Below the pieces are notes generated by a model. That model was not told the DNA's origin. It ran no database searches and was given only the letters and a program-made list of their open reading frames with translations. Of a stretch of DNA of 64,000 bases, positions 36,813 to 46,798 are shown one piece after another (position 1 is the first letter of the stretch; every line of letters begins with the position of its first letter). This stretch comes from an uncultured Candidatus Micrarchaeota archaeon. Its GTDB lineage: Archaea; Micrarchaeota; Micrarchaeia; Burarchaeales; Fermentimicrarchaeaceae. The translations under genes and the position numbers were made by a program. The stretch lies in contig CAVXDX010000007.1 in NCBI GenBank assembly GCA_963760615.1, forward strand, positions 1-64,000, written 5' to 3'.

Positions 36813-38579
36813 ATGGGAGTTAGAATTGCAATAGTTGACAGGGAGAAGTGCATTAAGCAAAAATGCGGCTACCTGTGTCAGAAAGTGTGCCCAGGGGTAA
36901 GGATGGGCGACGAGACGGTTACGGTAGACGCTGAAGGTTTTCCCGTCATTTCTGAAACTCTCTGCACAGGCTGCGGCATATGCGTGAGGAAATGCCCTGC
37001 GAATGCCATAAAGATAATCAACCTGCCCCACGAGGCAGGGAAACTCATCTTCCAGTACGGAGTCAACGCATTCAGGTTATACAACCTACCTCTGCCAAAG
37101 AAAGGGGCAGTTGTTGGCTTGATTGGAGCAAACGGGATTGGGAAAAGCACTGCCCTTGAGATACTCAGCGGGAGGATAAAGCCTAATCTTGGCAACTACA
37201 AGAAGAATGCAAAGTGGGAGGACATCATAGGGCAGTTCAAGGGGCAGGAACTGCAGAACTACTTTGAATCCCTGAAAGAGAAGGGTGTGAAGGTGAGTTA
37301 TAAACCGCAGATGATAGACAGGCTGCCTGAAGTTTTCAAAGAAACAGTTTCAAAGTTCCTGAAGAGGAATGATGAGAGGAAGAAGTTTGAGGAGGCTGTT
37401 GATGCTTTTGAGCTGAGGGAGTGCCTGAACAGGAAGATTGAGAACCTCAGCGGCGGGGAGCTGCAGAGAATGGCCATATGCGCAGCATACCTGAAGGATG
37501 CTGATGTGTATTACTTTGATGAGCCCAGCAGCTATCTTGACATAAAGCAGAGGCTGAAGGTTGCGAGGAATCTTGAGAAGCTGGCAAAGGATAAAGCTGT
37601 GATGGTCGTTGAGCATGACCTTGCAGTGCTGGATTACCTCAGTGAGTACGTGCATGTCCTCTACGGGGTGAGCGGCGCCTACGGAGTTGTTTCCAAGCTG
37701 AAGGGAGTGAGGAACGGCATTAACGAATACCTGGCAGGCTACCTGAAGGAGGAGAATGTGAGGTTCAGGGAAACAGAGATAAGCTTCACCACCGGCAGCG
37801 TGGAGAGGGAAGGCGGGGATGTGCTTTTTGAGTATGGAAAGATGGAGAAGGATTACTCGGGCTTCTCCCTGAAATGCTCGCCAGGCGATGTTAGGAGGGG
37901 TGAGGTGGTAGGTGCCATCGGGCCGAATGCAATTGGCAAGTCCACATTCGTGAAATTGCTTGCAGGTGTGGAGGAGCCGGATAAGGGGGTAGTTAAGCAC
38001 AAGCTCAGAATAGCCTACAAGCCGCAGTACATAAAATCCGATTTTAAGGGAACCGTAGGGGAAATGGTAGATGCAACTGGCAACTTGGATAAGGATGTTT
38101 TTGAGAGGGCGGTCAAGGAGAGAATGGGTATACCTGAGCTCATGGAGAAGAATGTGAAGAATCTGAGCGGCGGGGAGCTGCAGAGGGTTGCCATAGCCCT
38201 GTGCATATCCCAGGAGGCAGACCTGTACCTGCTTGATGAGCCTTCTGCGTTTCTTGATGTGGAGCAGAGGTTAATCTTCGCGAATGTACTCGGAAAGGTG
38301 ATGGAAAGCAGTGAGAGGAGCGCCTTTGTGGTTGACCACGACATAATACTCATCGATTCAATTTCTGACAGGCTTGTCGTCTTCCAGGGCAGGAGCGGAG
38401 TTGAGGGAGTTGCGAATGCACCCGAAGGAAAAAGGGATGGGATGAACAGGTTCCTGAAGGACGTGGATGTCACACTCAGGAGGGATAAGGATTCATTAAG
38501 ACCCAGGGTGAACAAGCCCAACTCAGTGATGGATAGGGAGCAGAAGCAGGCAGGGGAGTACTACTATCATAAGCTATAA
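36813..38579 (+). CDS. rli: ABCE1/RLI ribosome recycling ATPase
   Basis: Two Fe-S motifs (CIKQKCGYLCQKVCP; CTGCGICVRKCP), two Walker A motifs, two LSGGELQR signatures, RPRVNKPNS. Confidence 0.97.
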   Translation: MGVRIAIVDREKCIKQKCGYLCQKVCPGVRMGDETVTVDAEGFPVISETLCTGCGICVRKCPANAIKIINLPHEAGKLIFQYGVNAFRLYNLPLPKKGAVVGLIGANGIGKSTALEILSGRIKPNLGNYKKNAKWEDIIGQFKGQELQNYFESLKEKGVKVSYKPQMIDRLPEVFKETVSKFLKRNDERKKFEEAVDAFELRECLNRKIENLSGGELQRMAICAAYLKDADVYYFDEPSSYLDIKQRLKVARNLEKLAKDKAVMVVEHDLAVLDYLSEYVHVLYGVSGAYGVVSKLKGVRNGINEYLAGYLKEENVRFRETEISFTTGSVEREGGDVLFEYGKMEKDYSGFSLKCSPGDVRRGEVVGAIGPNAIGKSTFVKLLAGVEEPDKGVVKHKLRIAYKPQYIKSDFKGTVGEMVDATGNLDKDVFERAVKERMGIPELMEKNVKNLSGGELQRVAIALCISQEADLYLLDEPSAFLDVEQRLIFANVLGKVMESSERSAFVVDHDIILIDSISDRLVVFQGRSGVEGVANAPEGKRDGMNRFLKDVDVTLRRDKDSLRPRVNKPNSVMDREQKQAGEYYYHKL

Positions 38580-38585
38580 ACTAGT

Positions 38586-39203
38586 TCACTTCTTCTCTGC
38601 AGTAAGAAATCGTTTCCCATCACTTTCAAAGTCTTCCTTAAGTAAGGTGAAGTTCATACTCCTTAGGATTGATTCCAGCTCCTTCATCTCTTTATCAGGG
38701 AAATTGCCAGTTATAAGGGCCAGCCCGCCTGGTTTCAGGATTCTCTCAATTTCTTGCAATGCACTCTTTCTCTTTTCTCCTTTTTGCAGTTCTATGACGA
38801 GAGTGCTTGTCACCGAACTGACAGAAGCATCGGGGGCGTTTATTCTATTAGTATCTGAAAGCACAGTCCGCACATTGACGTTTTCAGCCTTAGCTCTAGC
38901 CTCAAGTATTTGAAGAATTTCCTTGTCAATATCTGTCCCAGTAACCTTTAAGCCCTGCTTGGCGAGGTATATTGCATTCCTTCCATAGCCGCACCCAACA
39001 TCCATTACGTCTTTTATACCTCGCTCCTTTAGTAGAGGGACAAACTTGACGACAGATTCGCTGGGTTCAGTTTTTTCGTGCCCGAATATTCTGGCAAACT
39101 CTGTCCAAGTGACTCTATCCCATTTAGCCTCGGCGCTTTCCTTTTTCTTCCTAGTTTCTTTTGCGGGTTCCCCACCACTGCTGCCCTCGTCAAGTTTCCA
39201 CAT
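38586..39203 (-). CDS. Class I SAM-dependent methyltransferase (TehB-like)
   Basis: MDVGCGYGRNAIYLAKQG, GTDID, LKPGG; start placed at ATG 39203. Confidence 0.85.
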   Translation of the reverse strand: MWKLDEGSSGGEPAKETRKKKESAEAKWDRVTWTEFARIFGHEKTEPSESVVKFVPLLKERGIKDVMDVGCGYGRNAIYLAKQGLKVTGTDIDKEILQILEARAKAENVNVRTVLSDTNRINAPDASVSSVTSTLVIELQKGEKRKSALQEIERILKPGGLALITGNFPDKEMKELESILRSMNFTLLKEDFESDGKRFLTAEKK

Positions 39204-39243
39204 GATTAGACTTTTGAATTTTCTCTTATTTATAGTATTCTGT

Positions 39244-39840
39244 TCACTCGACAAACTTCTCAAGCACCTTTCCGCCTGTCTGGTTGAGAATCAGTCTTAT
39301 GGAATAGTTTGCTTTTGGAGATGTCCACGTCACCACCCAGACGGAGGGGTATGTCATATTTGTTTTGTTCTCAAAGTATGAGTCGCTGGGTTTGGCATCA
39401 ACTCTCACATTGTCATAACCGACTTGAGTTATCATGGAGTTTATTTCTGGAACATCATTGAGCGTGTGGGAAGCAATAATCGCCTCCTCCGCCCTGCCTA
39501 TCTTGCAGTTTTCCATTCCCTTGCAGCTGAGCAGCTGGCAGTTGTGGGTTATGTTGTTCTCAGCTCTCGGAACAAAGCCAAACGCAGGGTATTCGTAAAC
39601 CACTATCGACATGTTTGGGCATGGGGTATTCGCACCGTATACTACTTCTGCAGTAATCCTCCAGCTCCCATCCTGTGGTATTACCGCAGTAACATTGGTT
39701 TGCGCGCCTGGATAGTCTGACTGCATATGCTGTTGGACAAAATTCACTGCTTTCTCCTGAGTCATCTGCTCATTCTGCTGGGCACAGCCAGACAGCAATA
39801 GGAATAGGGTGGCTACTATGAACAGATATTCTGGTCGCAT
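39244..39840 (-). CDS. Secreted lipoprotein-like hypothetical protein
   Basis: Signal peptide with lipobox-like LLSGC; several Cys residues. Confidence 0.7.
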   Translation of the reverse strand: MRPEYLFIVATLFLLLSGCAQQNEQMTQEKAVNFVQQHMQSDYPGAQTNVTAVIPQDGSWRITAEVVYGANTPCPNMSIVVYEYPAFGFVPRAENNITHNCQLLSCKGMENCKIGRAEEAIIASHTLNDVPEINSMITQVGYDNVRVDAKPSDSYFENKTNMTYPSVWVVTWTSPKANYSIRLILNQTGGKVLEKFVE

Positions 39841-39891
39841 ACTCCTTCTGAGTAATAATCTGCACGGTAGTATAAAAAGATTACGTCGGTT

Positions 39892-41562
39892 TCAGCTGTT
39901 TGGGTTGCTCACCCTTCCCATGAAGAGTATGTTGCCTGTATCTCTCTGCTGTATGATGAAGATGAAGGAGTGGTCTGCCCTGAATATTTTGGGTTCCCCA
40001 GGCTCAATGCCCGATGTCATAATCACGACAGTTGCTGCGGCTGCCTCTGTTCCAGTTTCATTCACATCAATGAAGGCTTGATGGATAACATTGCTAATGA
40101 AAAGATTTTTCGTTCCATCCATGCCTGAGAAGTCCGCTTCGCTTGGGTCAAATGCCTTTTTCATTCCCATGTCTTCTAGAGTTTGAGACATGAAATATTT
40201 GGTTTCGAATTTGAATTTGGGTAGATAAACCCCTTTGAGTGTTGTCTCTTTGAGCATAGCTTTCCACTCATTTAACTTACTTGCGCTGAGTGATTGCTCA
40301 AGGGTCTGTAGACTGTCTCCTTTTGGAAGCAGTATGAGCATAGAGGTTTCATTACCATTGTAAAGAAGCTCCAGAACCTGAGTTTCGTTTGTTTCCGCAT
40401 AATTGAATGTCAATGGGACAAACTCCCCACTGGAAGTCTGAGCCCTGTCACCATGCAAAGACATCATCTTAACTTTGATTGTGCTGCCCGGGCTTACTCT
40501 GAACTCTTGGTCACTGGTTTCATTTAAAAATGGTATGAACCAGCTTGCTTTGAAATAGACTGCATTTGTGAGAACCAGACGCGTCAGCGGGTCGATGGAA
40601 CCGGGTGGGATTATATCTTTGATTTTGTGGTTTGTCTGCTCCTCGACCCAGTTGTTTATGGTGATGCGAGAGTTTTCAGTATCACTGACAAAATCAAGAT
40701 TGGTTACATTTCCGCCATAATAAGTCTGTATTAAATTGAAGTAACTATCTAGGAACTTGTAATCCTTCTGCGCCCATAATGCATTTGCAGTGCTGAGGTT
40801 GTAACTTTTATTTGCCTCGTTTATCTCATTATAAATTTGCAGGAAGCCATTTCTCCGAGTATCATTATCTGTTGGGAAGTGAAAGACTGACTGCATCTCC
40901 TGCGCAGTCGCCCCTCTCGCACCCTCGTATGTCATTGCCAGCGCTGTTGAGATGCTGTAGGGTGAGAAGAATATGTTTCCATTCTGGGAGCTGTACTGGG
41001 GATACAGGTCAAATGCAAACTGGTTGTTCGCAGCTACAACTCCGACTGCTTCAGAGACATTTGCAGGTATAACTGGGGTTGGAGTCATGCACATCAGCCT
41101 GCTGCTGTCCCAGCACCTGCCCCCTCCGCATTCGCAGGCTACCACATCATGGCTGTTGTCCGGGGAGCAACCACAGGCCCCAATCATGCATGTATTCGGG
41201 AAATCTGAAACTGACTTGCAACATGATTTCGTGGTGATATTCCCGAAAGAATTTACGCATCCTCTGGCCTTTGCCATTTGCTCAGTCGCATTACACATTA
41301 TTGAAGGCATGAGGCATTTCGGGGTGCGGTTATAGCATGCTGGGTTGCACACGTTCCCCTGCTGAACATAGCCCTGAGGGCATGTGCATGTGTTATTTGG
41401 GCATGGGGCAAATTCGCAGTTTGGACCAGTTCTGCCGACATAAGAGCCATCGGGGCATTGCTTAGCTTCCTGGGTGCATCCCTGAGGTGGTTTTACCTGA
41501 GTGCATCCGGCAAGTAAAAACAAAGCAACAAGCAGCAGAATTGTGAGATTTTTTGTTCTCAT
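39892..41562 (-). CDS. Serpin with lipobox-like signal peptide and Cys-rich N-terminal domains
   Basis: LLAGC; NIFFSPYSISTALAM; INNWVEEQT; LVLTNAVYFK; PKFKFE; hinge GTEAAAAT; FRADH.FIF; LFMGRV. Confidence 0.93.
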   Translation of the reverse strand: MRTKNLTILLLVALFLLAGCTQVKPPQGCTQEAKQCPDGSYVGRTGPNCEFAPCPNNTCTCPQGYVQQGNVCNPACYNRTPKCLMPSIMCNATEQMAKARGCVNSFGNITTKSCCKSVSDFPNTCMIGACGCSPDNSHDVVACECGGGRCWDSSRLMCMTPTPVIPANVSEAVGVVAANNQFAFDLYPQYSSQNGNIFFSPYSISTALAMTYEGARGATAQEMQSVFHFPTDNDTRRNGFLQIYNEINEANKSYNLSTANALWAQKDYKFLDSYFNLIQTYYGGNVTNLDFVSDTENSRITINNWVEEQTNHKIKDIIPPGSIDPLTRLVLTNAVYFKASWFIPFLNETSDQEFRVSPGSTIKVKMMSLHGDRAQTSSGEFVPLTFNYAETNETQVLELLYNGNETSMLILLPKGDSLQTLEQSLSASKLNEWKAMLKETTLKGVYLPKFKFETKYFMSQTLEDMGMKKAFDPSEADFSGMDGTKNLFISNVIHQAFIDVNETGTEAAAATVVIMTSGIEPGEPKIFRADHSFIFIIQQRDTGNILFMGRVSNPNS

Positions 41563-41647
41563 ACTTGTAGTTTTATGAGAAGAGCTATAAAAACATTTGG
41601 AATTTGTTCGGAGGTTTCAAAATTAAATTTGCTCTAGCAGAAGTATG

Positions 41648-42544
41648 CTAAGCAAGCCGGTATTTCCTGAGTCTTGCAACTGCCTCTCCCCATGTTGGTA
41701 TGTTAGTCTGAGCACCGTATTTTTCAACAATAAATGATGACACGGAAGAAGCAATCTTGGCGCACATTTTAAGCTCCTCCCCCTTCAAAAAAGCTACTAG
41801 GAATGCTGCCCGGAAGGAATCGCCTGCTCCGGTGGGGTCAATGAGATTCGCCTTTACTATGGGGACATCAAAGCTACTTTCCCTTGTCATAACTGAACTG
41901 CCCTTAGCACCATAGGTCACTATTATGTATTCAAGAGGGAATGAAAAAAGCTCATCCCTCTTTCTCATTTTTAGAAGTTGTAGTATCCTCTTTATCTCAA
42001 ATTCGTTGCATGTGAGAAACTTTGCATTTTTCAGCACTATCTCAAGCTCTTCCCTTCGGTAGGCGTGTATGTCATAGCCTGGGTCAAAGGAAACTCCGGG
42101 ATATTTTTTGGCAATCCTCGAAGTGAGGTAGGGGTTGCCGTTTGCCAGGTGAACGATATCGTTTTTGCCAATCTTCAACTCAGGCAAATGTGCCTTTGCA
42201 AGTAATTCTGCAACTCCCCAATAGAAGAATGATATCTGTCTGCCTCTTGAGTCGTTGAACATAAATGCCCTTGCAGTCTGGCCTCCCTTCACCAATTTCA
42301 GCTTTATGATGTCAACTCCTATTTCCTTGAGGTGCTTCTCATAGGCAGATCCCCTGAAATCCTCGCCAACAAATGAGACAAGAGAGGATTCATGGCCCAG
42401 TTTTGAGCATACGGCGCAGAAGTTTCCTGCAGCTCCTCCGAAAAGGTCAAAATAGCCAGTTATGTATGCATTCGAATTTGGATTCGGAAATTTTTTGGTG
42501 TCACCGATGTAATCAAAAGCAACGTTACCTACAGCATATATCAT
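41648..42544 (-). CDS. PfkB-family carbohydrate/nucleoside kinase
   Basis: GGAAGN, FDPG, NEFE, DPTGAGDSF. Confidence 0.92.
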   Translation of the reverse strand: MIYAVGNVAFDYIGDTKKFPNPNSNAYITGYFDLFGGAAGNFCAVCSKLGHESSLVSFVGEDFRGSAYEKHLKEIGVDIIKLKLVKGGQTARAFMFNDSRGRQISFFYWGVAELLAKAHLPELKIGKNDIVHLANGNPYLTSRIAKKYPGVSFDPGYDIHAYRREELEIVLKNAKFLTCNEFEIKRILQLLKMRKRDELFSFPLEYIIVTYGAKGSSVMTRESSFDVPIVKANLIDPTGAGDSFRAAFLVAFLKGEELKMCAKIASSVSSFIVEKYGAQTNIPTWGEAVARLRKYRLA

Positions 42545-42909
42545 TCAATCACCTCAAACTCCAGCTTACCGCCATTCTGGTCGTACACGCCAATGCTGCT
42601 CTCATCGAATGGGTATGCAACTATTATATGGACACCACCAGTCCTTGAAAATGAGAGCAAATCACCAGCTGAAGGTCTAGAACTTGGGTTTGGATGCGAA
42701 TGCACGCTGCCAGCATATTTTATGGGGTAGGGTACCATGTAGTGGTCAAAGGATGAGAAGCCCTTGCCGTAAGTTGACCTTGGCAACAGCAGCACCTCGT
42801 AGATTTCCTTCCTCTTATTCTCCCTCAGAAGCCCTATGAACTCTCTGGGATAAATGTTCCTTGCCATATTTAGCATGAACTCCAGTGCTGTTTTTTTTAT
42901 CTTTATCAT
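42541..42909 (-). CDS. JAMM/MPN+ metalloprotease family protein
   Basis: YPREF...GSVHSHP...PSAGD (E, HxH, S, D). Confidence 0.88.
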   Translation of the reverse strand: MIKIKKTALEFMLNMARNIYPREFIGLLRENKRKEIYEVLLLPRSTYGKGFSSFDHYMVPYPIKYAGSVHSHPNPSSRPSAGDLLSFSRTGGVHIIVAYPFDESSIGVYDQNGGKLEFEVIE

Positions 42910-42961
42910 ACAACCATTAATAAATATTAAAAGGCGAGATATTTAAAGAAATAGTGATTCC

Positions 42962-44251
42962 ATGGGAATTCTGATAAGGAATGTGGATGTGCTCACGCAG
43001 AACAGCAGAAGGGAGCTGCTTAGAGGAGTGGACATCCTGATTGAGAGGAATAGAATAGAAAAGATCGGGGAGAACATAAAAGAGAAGGCGGAGTTCAGAA
43101 TTGACGGCAGGGGGAAGCTTGCAATTCCGGGCTTGATAAACACGCATACGCATCTCGCAATGACCTTATTCAGGGGGTATGCGGATGATGCCGTCTTCTG
43201 GGAGGCATGGCCAAAGAAGGTATGGCCAAGGGAGGCCAAGCTGAAGGCAGATGATGTTTACTGGGGCTCTCTTGTGGGATGCCTGGAGATGATTAGAAGC
43301 GGTACAACCTCTTTCGCCGATATGTATTTCTTCATGGATGAAACGGCAAGAGCAGTCAAAAAAGCAGGAATCAGAGCTAATCTATCATATGGTATGATTG
43401 ACTCCGGCGATGCAAAAAAAATGGAGAAAGAACTTAGAGTTGGGGAAAAGTTCGTAAGAGAGCACAACAAAACTGCTGACGGTAGAATCCAGTGTTCCTT
43501 TGGGCCTCACGCCCCGTATACCTGTTCTAGAAGTCTGCTGGAAAAGACTGCTGAACTTTCGGAAAAATACAATGTTATGATTCAGATTCATTCATCTGAG
43601 ACAAGGAAGGAGATTTTCGACTCAATCAAGCAATTCGGGAAGAGGCCTGTTGATTATCTTGATTCAATTAACTTCCTGAGCGAAAGGGTAATTGCAGCTC
43701 ACTGCGTCTGGGTCACCAAAAGCGAGGTCAAGATTCTTGGTAAGAGGGAGGTCAAGGTATCCCACAACCCAGTGAGCAATATGAAGCTTGCGGGGGGCGG
43801 AGTCCCACCCATACCTGAAATGATGGAGAGCGGGGTCTGCATAACCTTCGGGACTGACGGCCCGGTTTCAAACAACTCACTGGATATGATTGAAACAATG
43901 AAGGTTGGCGCGCTGCTCCAGAAGATGCATAGGTGGGATGCTAGGGTTTTGAATGCACAGCAGGCTTTTGATTTTGCAACAATTAATGGAGCAAAGGCTC
44001 TTGGGATAGACTCAGGGAGTATCGAGGCTGGGAAGCTTGCGGATATAGTTCTTCTCAAGGTGAAATCGCCAAATCTTGTGCCATCCTACAGTTTAGTTTC
44101 TAATATAGTATATTCCTCCAACCCCAGCAATATTTCTGATGTTATAGTTGATGGGAAGCTGGTCATGAGCGAAGGCAGGATTCAGATGATGGATGAGGAG
44201 AAGGTTTTGGAGAAGGCGGAGAAAGTTGCATCTGACCTTATGGGTAGATAG
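42962..44251 (+). CDS. mtaD: Amidohydrolase, MTA/SAH/5'-deoxyadenosine deaminase-like
   Basis: PGLINTHTH, GPHAPY, IHSSET, AHCV, SNMKL, GTDG. Confidence 0.85.
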   Translation: MGILIRNVDVLTQNSRRELLRGVDILIERNRIEKIGENIKEKAEFRIDGRGKLAIPGLINTHTHLAMTLFRGYADDAVFWEAWPKKVWPREAKLKADDVYWGSLVGCLEMIRSGTTSFADMYFFMDETARAVKKAGIRANLSYGMIDSGDAKKMEKELRVGEKFVREHNKTADGRIQCSFGPHAPYTCSRSLLEKTAELSEKYNVMIQIHSSETRKEIFDSIKQFGKRPVDYLDSINFLSERVIAAHCVWVTKSEVKILGKREVKVSHNPVSNMKLAGGGVPPIPEMMESGVCITFGTDGPVSNNSLDMIETMKVGALLQKMHRWDARVLNAQQAFDFATINGAKALGIDSGSIEAGKLADIVLLKVKSPNLVPSYSLVSNIVYSSNPSNISDVIVDGKLVMSEGRIQMMDEEKVLEKAEKVASDLMGR

Positions 44252-44252
44252 C

Positions 44253-44975
44253 ATGAGGAAATTCGCAGTTGTAGGCGGGAGCGGTTTCTACAGATTCATT
44301 GATGGGAGCAAGAAGGAGGTGGCAACACCCTACGGGAATGTGAGTATAATTCTCAACAGATTCGAGGGTGCGGAAATTGCATTTCTTGCAAGGCATGGAG
44401 AGAAGCATGCAATTCCGCCGCACATGGTGAACCACAAGGCGAACATGTCTGCGCTGCACAGACTGGGTTATAAAAATATTTTTGCTATGAGCGCAAGCGG
44501 GATAATCTACGGCTATAAGCCTGGCGATTTGATACTGGTGAGGGATTTCATCGCTTTTCACCTTGGAGCAGTGACCTTCTTTGATAGCTTCGGCTTCGAG
44601 ATCAAACATGTTGACATGGGCGAGCCATATTCAAATGAGTTGAACTCGATTTTGAAAAAAGCTGCAGAGCTGGAGAGGATTGGAATTAAGGATGGGGGGA
44701 TAGTTGCAGCTACGGCAGGACCTAGGTTTGAGACAAAAAGCGAGATAAGCGCATTCAAGAAACTTGGGGCTAACCTAGTGAGCATGACTAATGCGCAGGA
44801 GTGCATTCTGGCAAATGAGCTTGGAATGAAATACGCGGCAGTTGCTATAGGGACAAATTACGCTGCAGGAATCAGTAAAAAGAAGCTGAGAATAGAGGAA
44901 GTTTTTGGGATGATGAAGAGGAAGAATGATGAGCTGAAAAGACTTTTCAAAAGAGCAGCTCTCACAAAACTTTAG
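44253..44975 (+). CDS. MTAP-family phosphorylase, 6-oxopurine (methylthioinosine) type
   Basis: GGSG, TPYG, ARHG..H, GPRFET..E, SMT, TNYAAG (Asn rather than the DYD of adenine-specific MTAP); ATG 44253. Confidence 0.85.
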   Translation: MRKFAVVGGSGFYRFIDGSKKEVATPYGNVSIILNRFEGAEIAFLARHGEKHAIPPHMVNHKANMSALHRLGYKNIFAMSASGIIYGYKPGDLILVRDFIAFHLGAVTFFDSFGFEIKHVDMGEPYSNELNSILKKAAELERIGIKDGGIVAATAGPRFETKSEISAFKKLGANLVSMTNAQECILANELGMKYAAVAIGTNYAAGISKKKLRIEEVFGMMKRKNDELKRLFKRAALTKL

Positions 44976-45636
44976 ACGCAGTTGCATCCTTCACCTCAAG
45001 CGAGCCGGAGGTTCCTTTCCAGCTTATTTCCGAGCTTGCTATTTTTATTCTGTACTTAAAGAAAGGCGCGTTCAGGACCATGGACTCATACTCTCCCCCT
45101 TCCCCGCTTAGGTTTATGCTGAATTTCTTTCCCAGATTTACCAAATCATCTATACATTTACTGTCAATGTTCCTCCCAAGCCAGTTCTTGTCGAAACCCT
45201 CTGCGGATACTGAAGTGAGGATAATTTCAAACCCTGCATCCAGCATCTCTCTGAGAAGCTGCTCCGGGTTTTTATGCCAGAGCGGGGAGAAGCTTCTAAG
45301 GTTGAGCTTCTCACACAGCATGTCTATCTTCTCCTTCTGGTACTCACTTGCAACAGCTCCTGTTATGACTGCATCAATTCTCAAATCTGACAGGACATCC
45401 TCCAGATCATCCAGCTCCACATCTTTTTTGCCGCTTGTTTTCTTCATAATGAGGGGAAGGTCCATGGCATCTGCCTGAAGTGGAGTCCACCTGACATTCG
45501 GATAGTGGAACATATAGGAGGAAGAAGATTCGGGGAGCATTGTCACAAGGGACACCACATCCCAGCCGTAGGAAAGAGCAAGCCATGCTGCGTATGTGCT
45601 ATCTTTTCCACCGCTGAAAAGCACTGCAACTTTCAT
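44962..45636 (-). CDS. dph6: Diphthine--ammonia ligase (PP-loop ATPase)
   Basis: LFSGGKDS, SYMFH, PLW, GEGGEYES. Confidence 0.9.
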   Translation of the reverse strand: MKVAVLFSGGKDSTYAAWLALSYGWDVVSLVTMLPESSSSYMFHYPNVRWTPLQADAMDLPLIMKKTSGKKDVELDDLEDVLSDLRIDAVITGAVASEYQKEKIDMLCEKLNLRSFSPLWHKNPEQLLREMLDAGFEIILTSVSAEGFDKNWLGRNIDSKCIDDLVNLGKKFSINLSGEGGEYESMVLNAPFFKYRIKIASSEISWKGTSGSLEVKDATASKVL

Positions 45637-45644
45637 TGGAATAC

Positions 45645-46073
45645 CTACAGCTTAACAAGCTTCATCATTTTCGTAATTAGAACTGAGGATTTGTGCTCTT
45701 GGGGGTTGAAGCTCTTTTTTATTCTGACAACCCTTGCGCTCATCCCCATCTCCTTAAGCTTTTTCTTGAGGAACTTCTCATCCTCTCTCTGGTCGTATCC
45801 CAGGGCAATTACTGAAGGTTTAATTTTCCTTATGATTTCATACCTGCCTCCTGTGCCCCCAAGCACTGCAGAATCTACAAACTTGAGGGATTCCACAAGT
45901 TTTCTTCTAGACTCCTCATCAAGGACAGGCTCCCTTTTCTTCAGCTTTCTTATTGTGGAGTCTCTTGCAACCACAACGATGAGCTTGTCGCCCAGCTTCC
46001 TAGCATGTTTCAGGTAGGTGTAATGACCCATGTGCAGGATGTCGAAACAGCCGAATGCAAGGACTTTTTTCAT
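45645..46073 (-). CDS. ribL: FAD synthase (cytidylyltransferase family)
   Basis: GCFDILHMGH, VVVARD, LGYDQ. Confidence 0.85.
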   Translation of the reverse strand: MKKVLAFGCFDILHMGHYTYLKHARKLGDKLIVVVARDSTIRKLKKREPVLDEESRRKLVESLKFVDSAVLGGTGGRYEIIRKIKPSVIALGYDQREDEKFLKKKLKEMGMSARVVRIKKSFNPQEHKSSVLITKMMKLVKL

Positions 46074-46790
46074 CTAAGTCACCTTCTCATATCTTCCGAC
46101 TAATGTTCCGCTAGCTGTGATAGAGCTCCCGTTTACTAGGTCTGTGTATTCTACATAAAGTTTAAAGCAGTAGGTGGTCCCTAGTGATGTATCAACAGGT
46201 ATTGAACCGTCCTTATCCGTGCAGTATAATTTGTTTTTAGTGCTGAGACCAGTAACATCAGCGAGATAATGAGATTGCAGCATTACGGGTTGCTGTAGTT
46301 GTCCATCAAAGCTTTGTTGACTGCCTGCCTCATCTACTGAATCTATCCTAACGCATTTTATTCTATTTATCTGTATATCGTGTTCTAAACCATTCCCAAG
46401 CCTCAAATCAAGTTCTGAAGTTCCTGAATTTAACCGATACGCAACACACGATAGACCGTTTGTTAAGTAGCACTGTCCTAGGTTAGGGCAATTGACAACA
46501 CCCATAGAGGCATATATAAAAAAGAATATGGAAATGAGCAAAAGAACTGATATTATCATCCTTGTAGTTTTGTCTATATGTGGTTTGATTATTACCGATA
46601 TCCCAATTATCAGTACAAGTAAAGTTAGGATTATTGTTTTTTGGATTGCATGGGAGGGTTTTGCACAGGGTATTGCACAAATTTCGTTAGGTGATCTAGT
46701 TTCTAGATAGTACCACCAGAAAACTACTAATAGTGCTATCAAAAGCACTACTCTCAAAATCCAGAGTAAATTCAATCTATTTTTCTTCAT
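46074..46790 (-). CDS. 3-TM membrane protein with a C-terminal pilin-like Cys-containing domain (paralog A)
   Basis: CYLTNGLSC...LRLGNG...IKC...YCTDKDGSIP...Y.DLVNG...G...RYE; aligns with 63073-63771; start placed at ATG 46790. Confidence 0.7.
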   Translation of the reverse strand: MKKNRLNLLWILRVVLLIALLVVFWWYYLETRSPNEICAIPCAKPSHAIQKTIILTLLVLIIGISVIIKPHIDKTTRMIISVLLLISIFFFIYASMGVVNCPNLGQCYLTNGLSCVAYRLNSGTSELDLRLGNGLEHDIQINRIKCVRIDSVDEAGSQQSFDGQLQQPVMLQSHYLADVTGLSTKNKLYCTDKDGSIPVDTSLGTTYCFKLYVEYTDLVNGSSITASGTLVGRYEKVT

Positions 46791-46798
46791 TCCCACAC

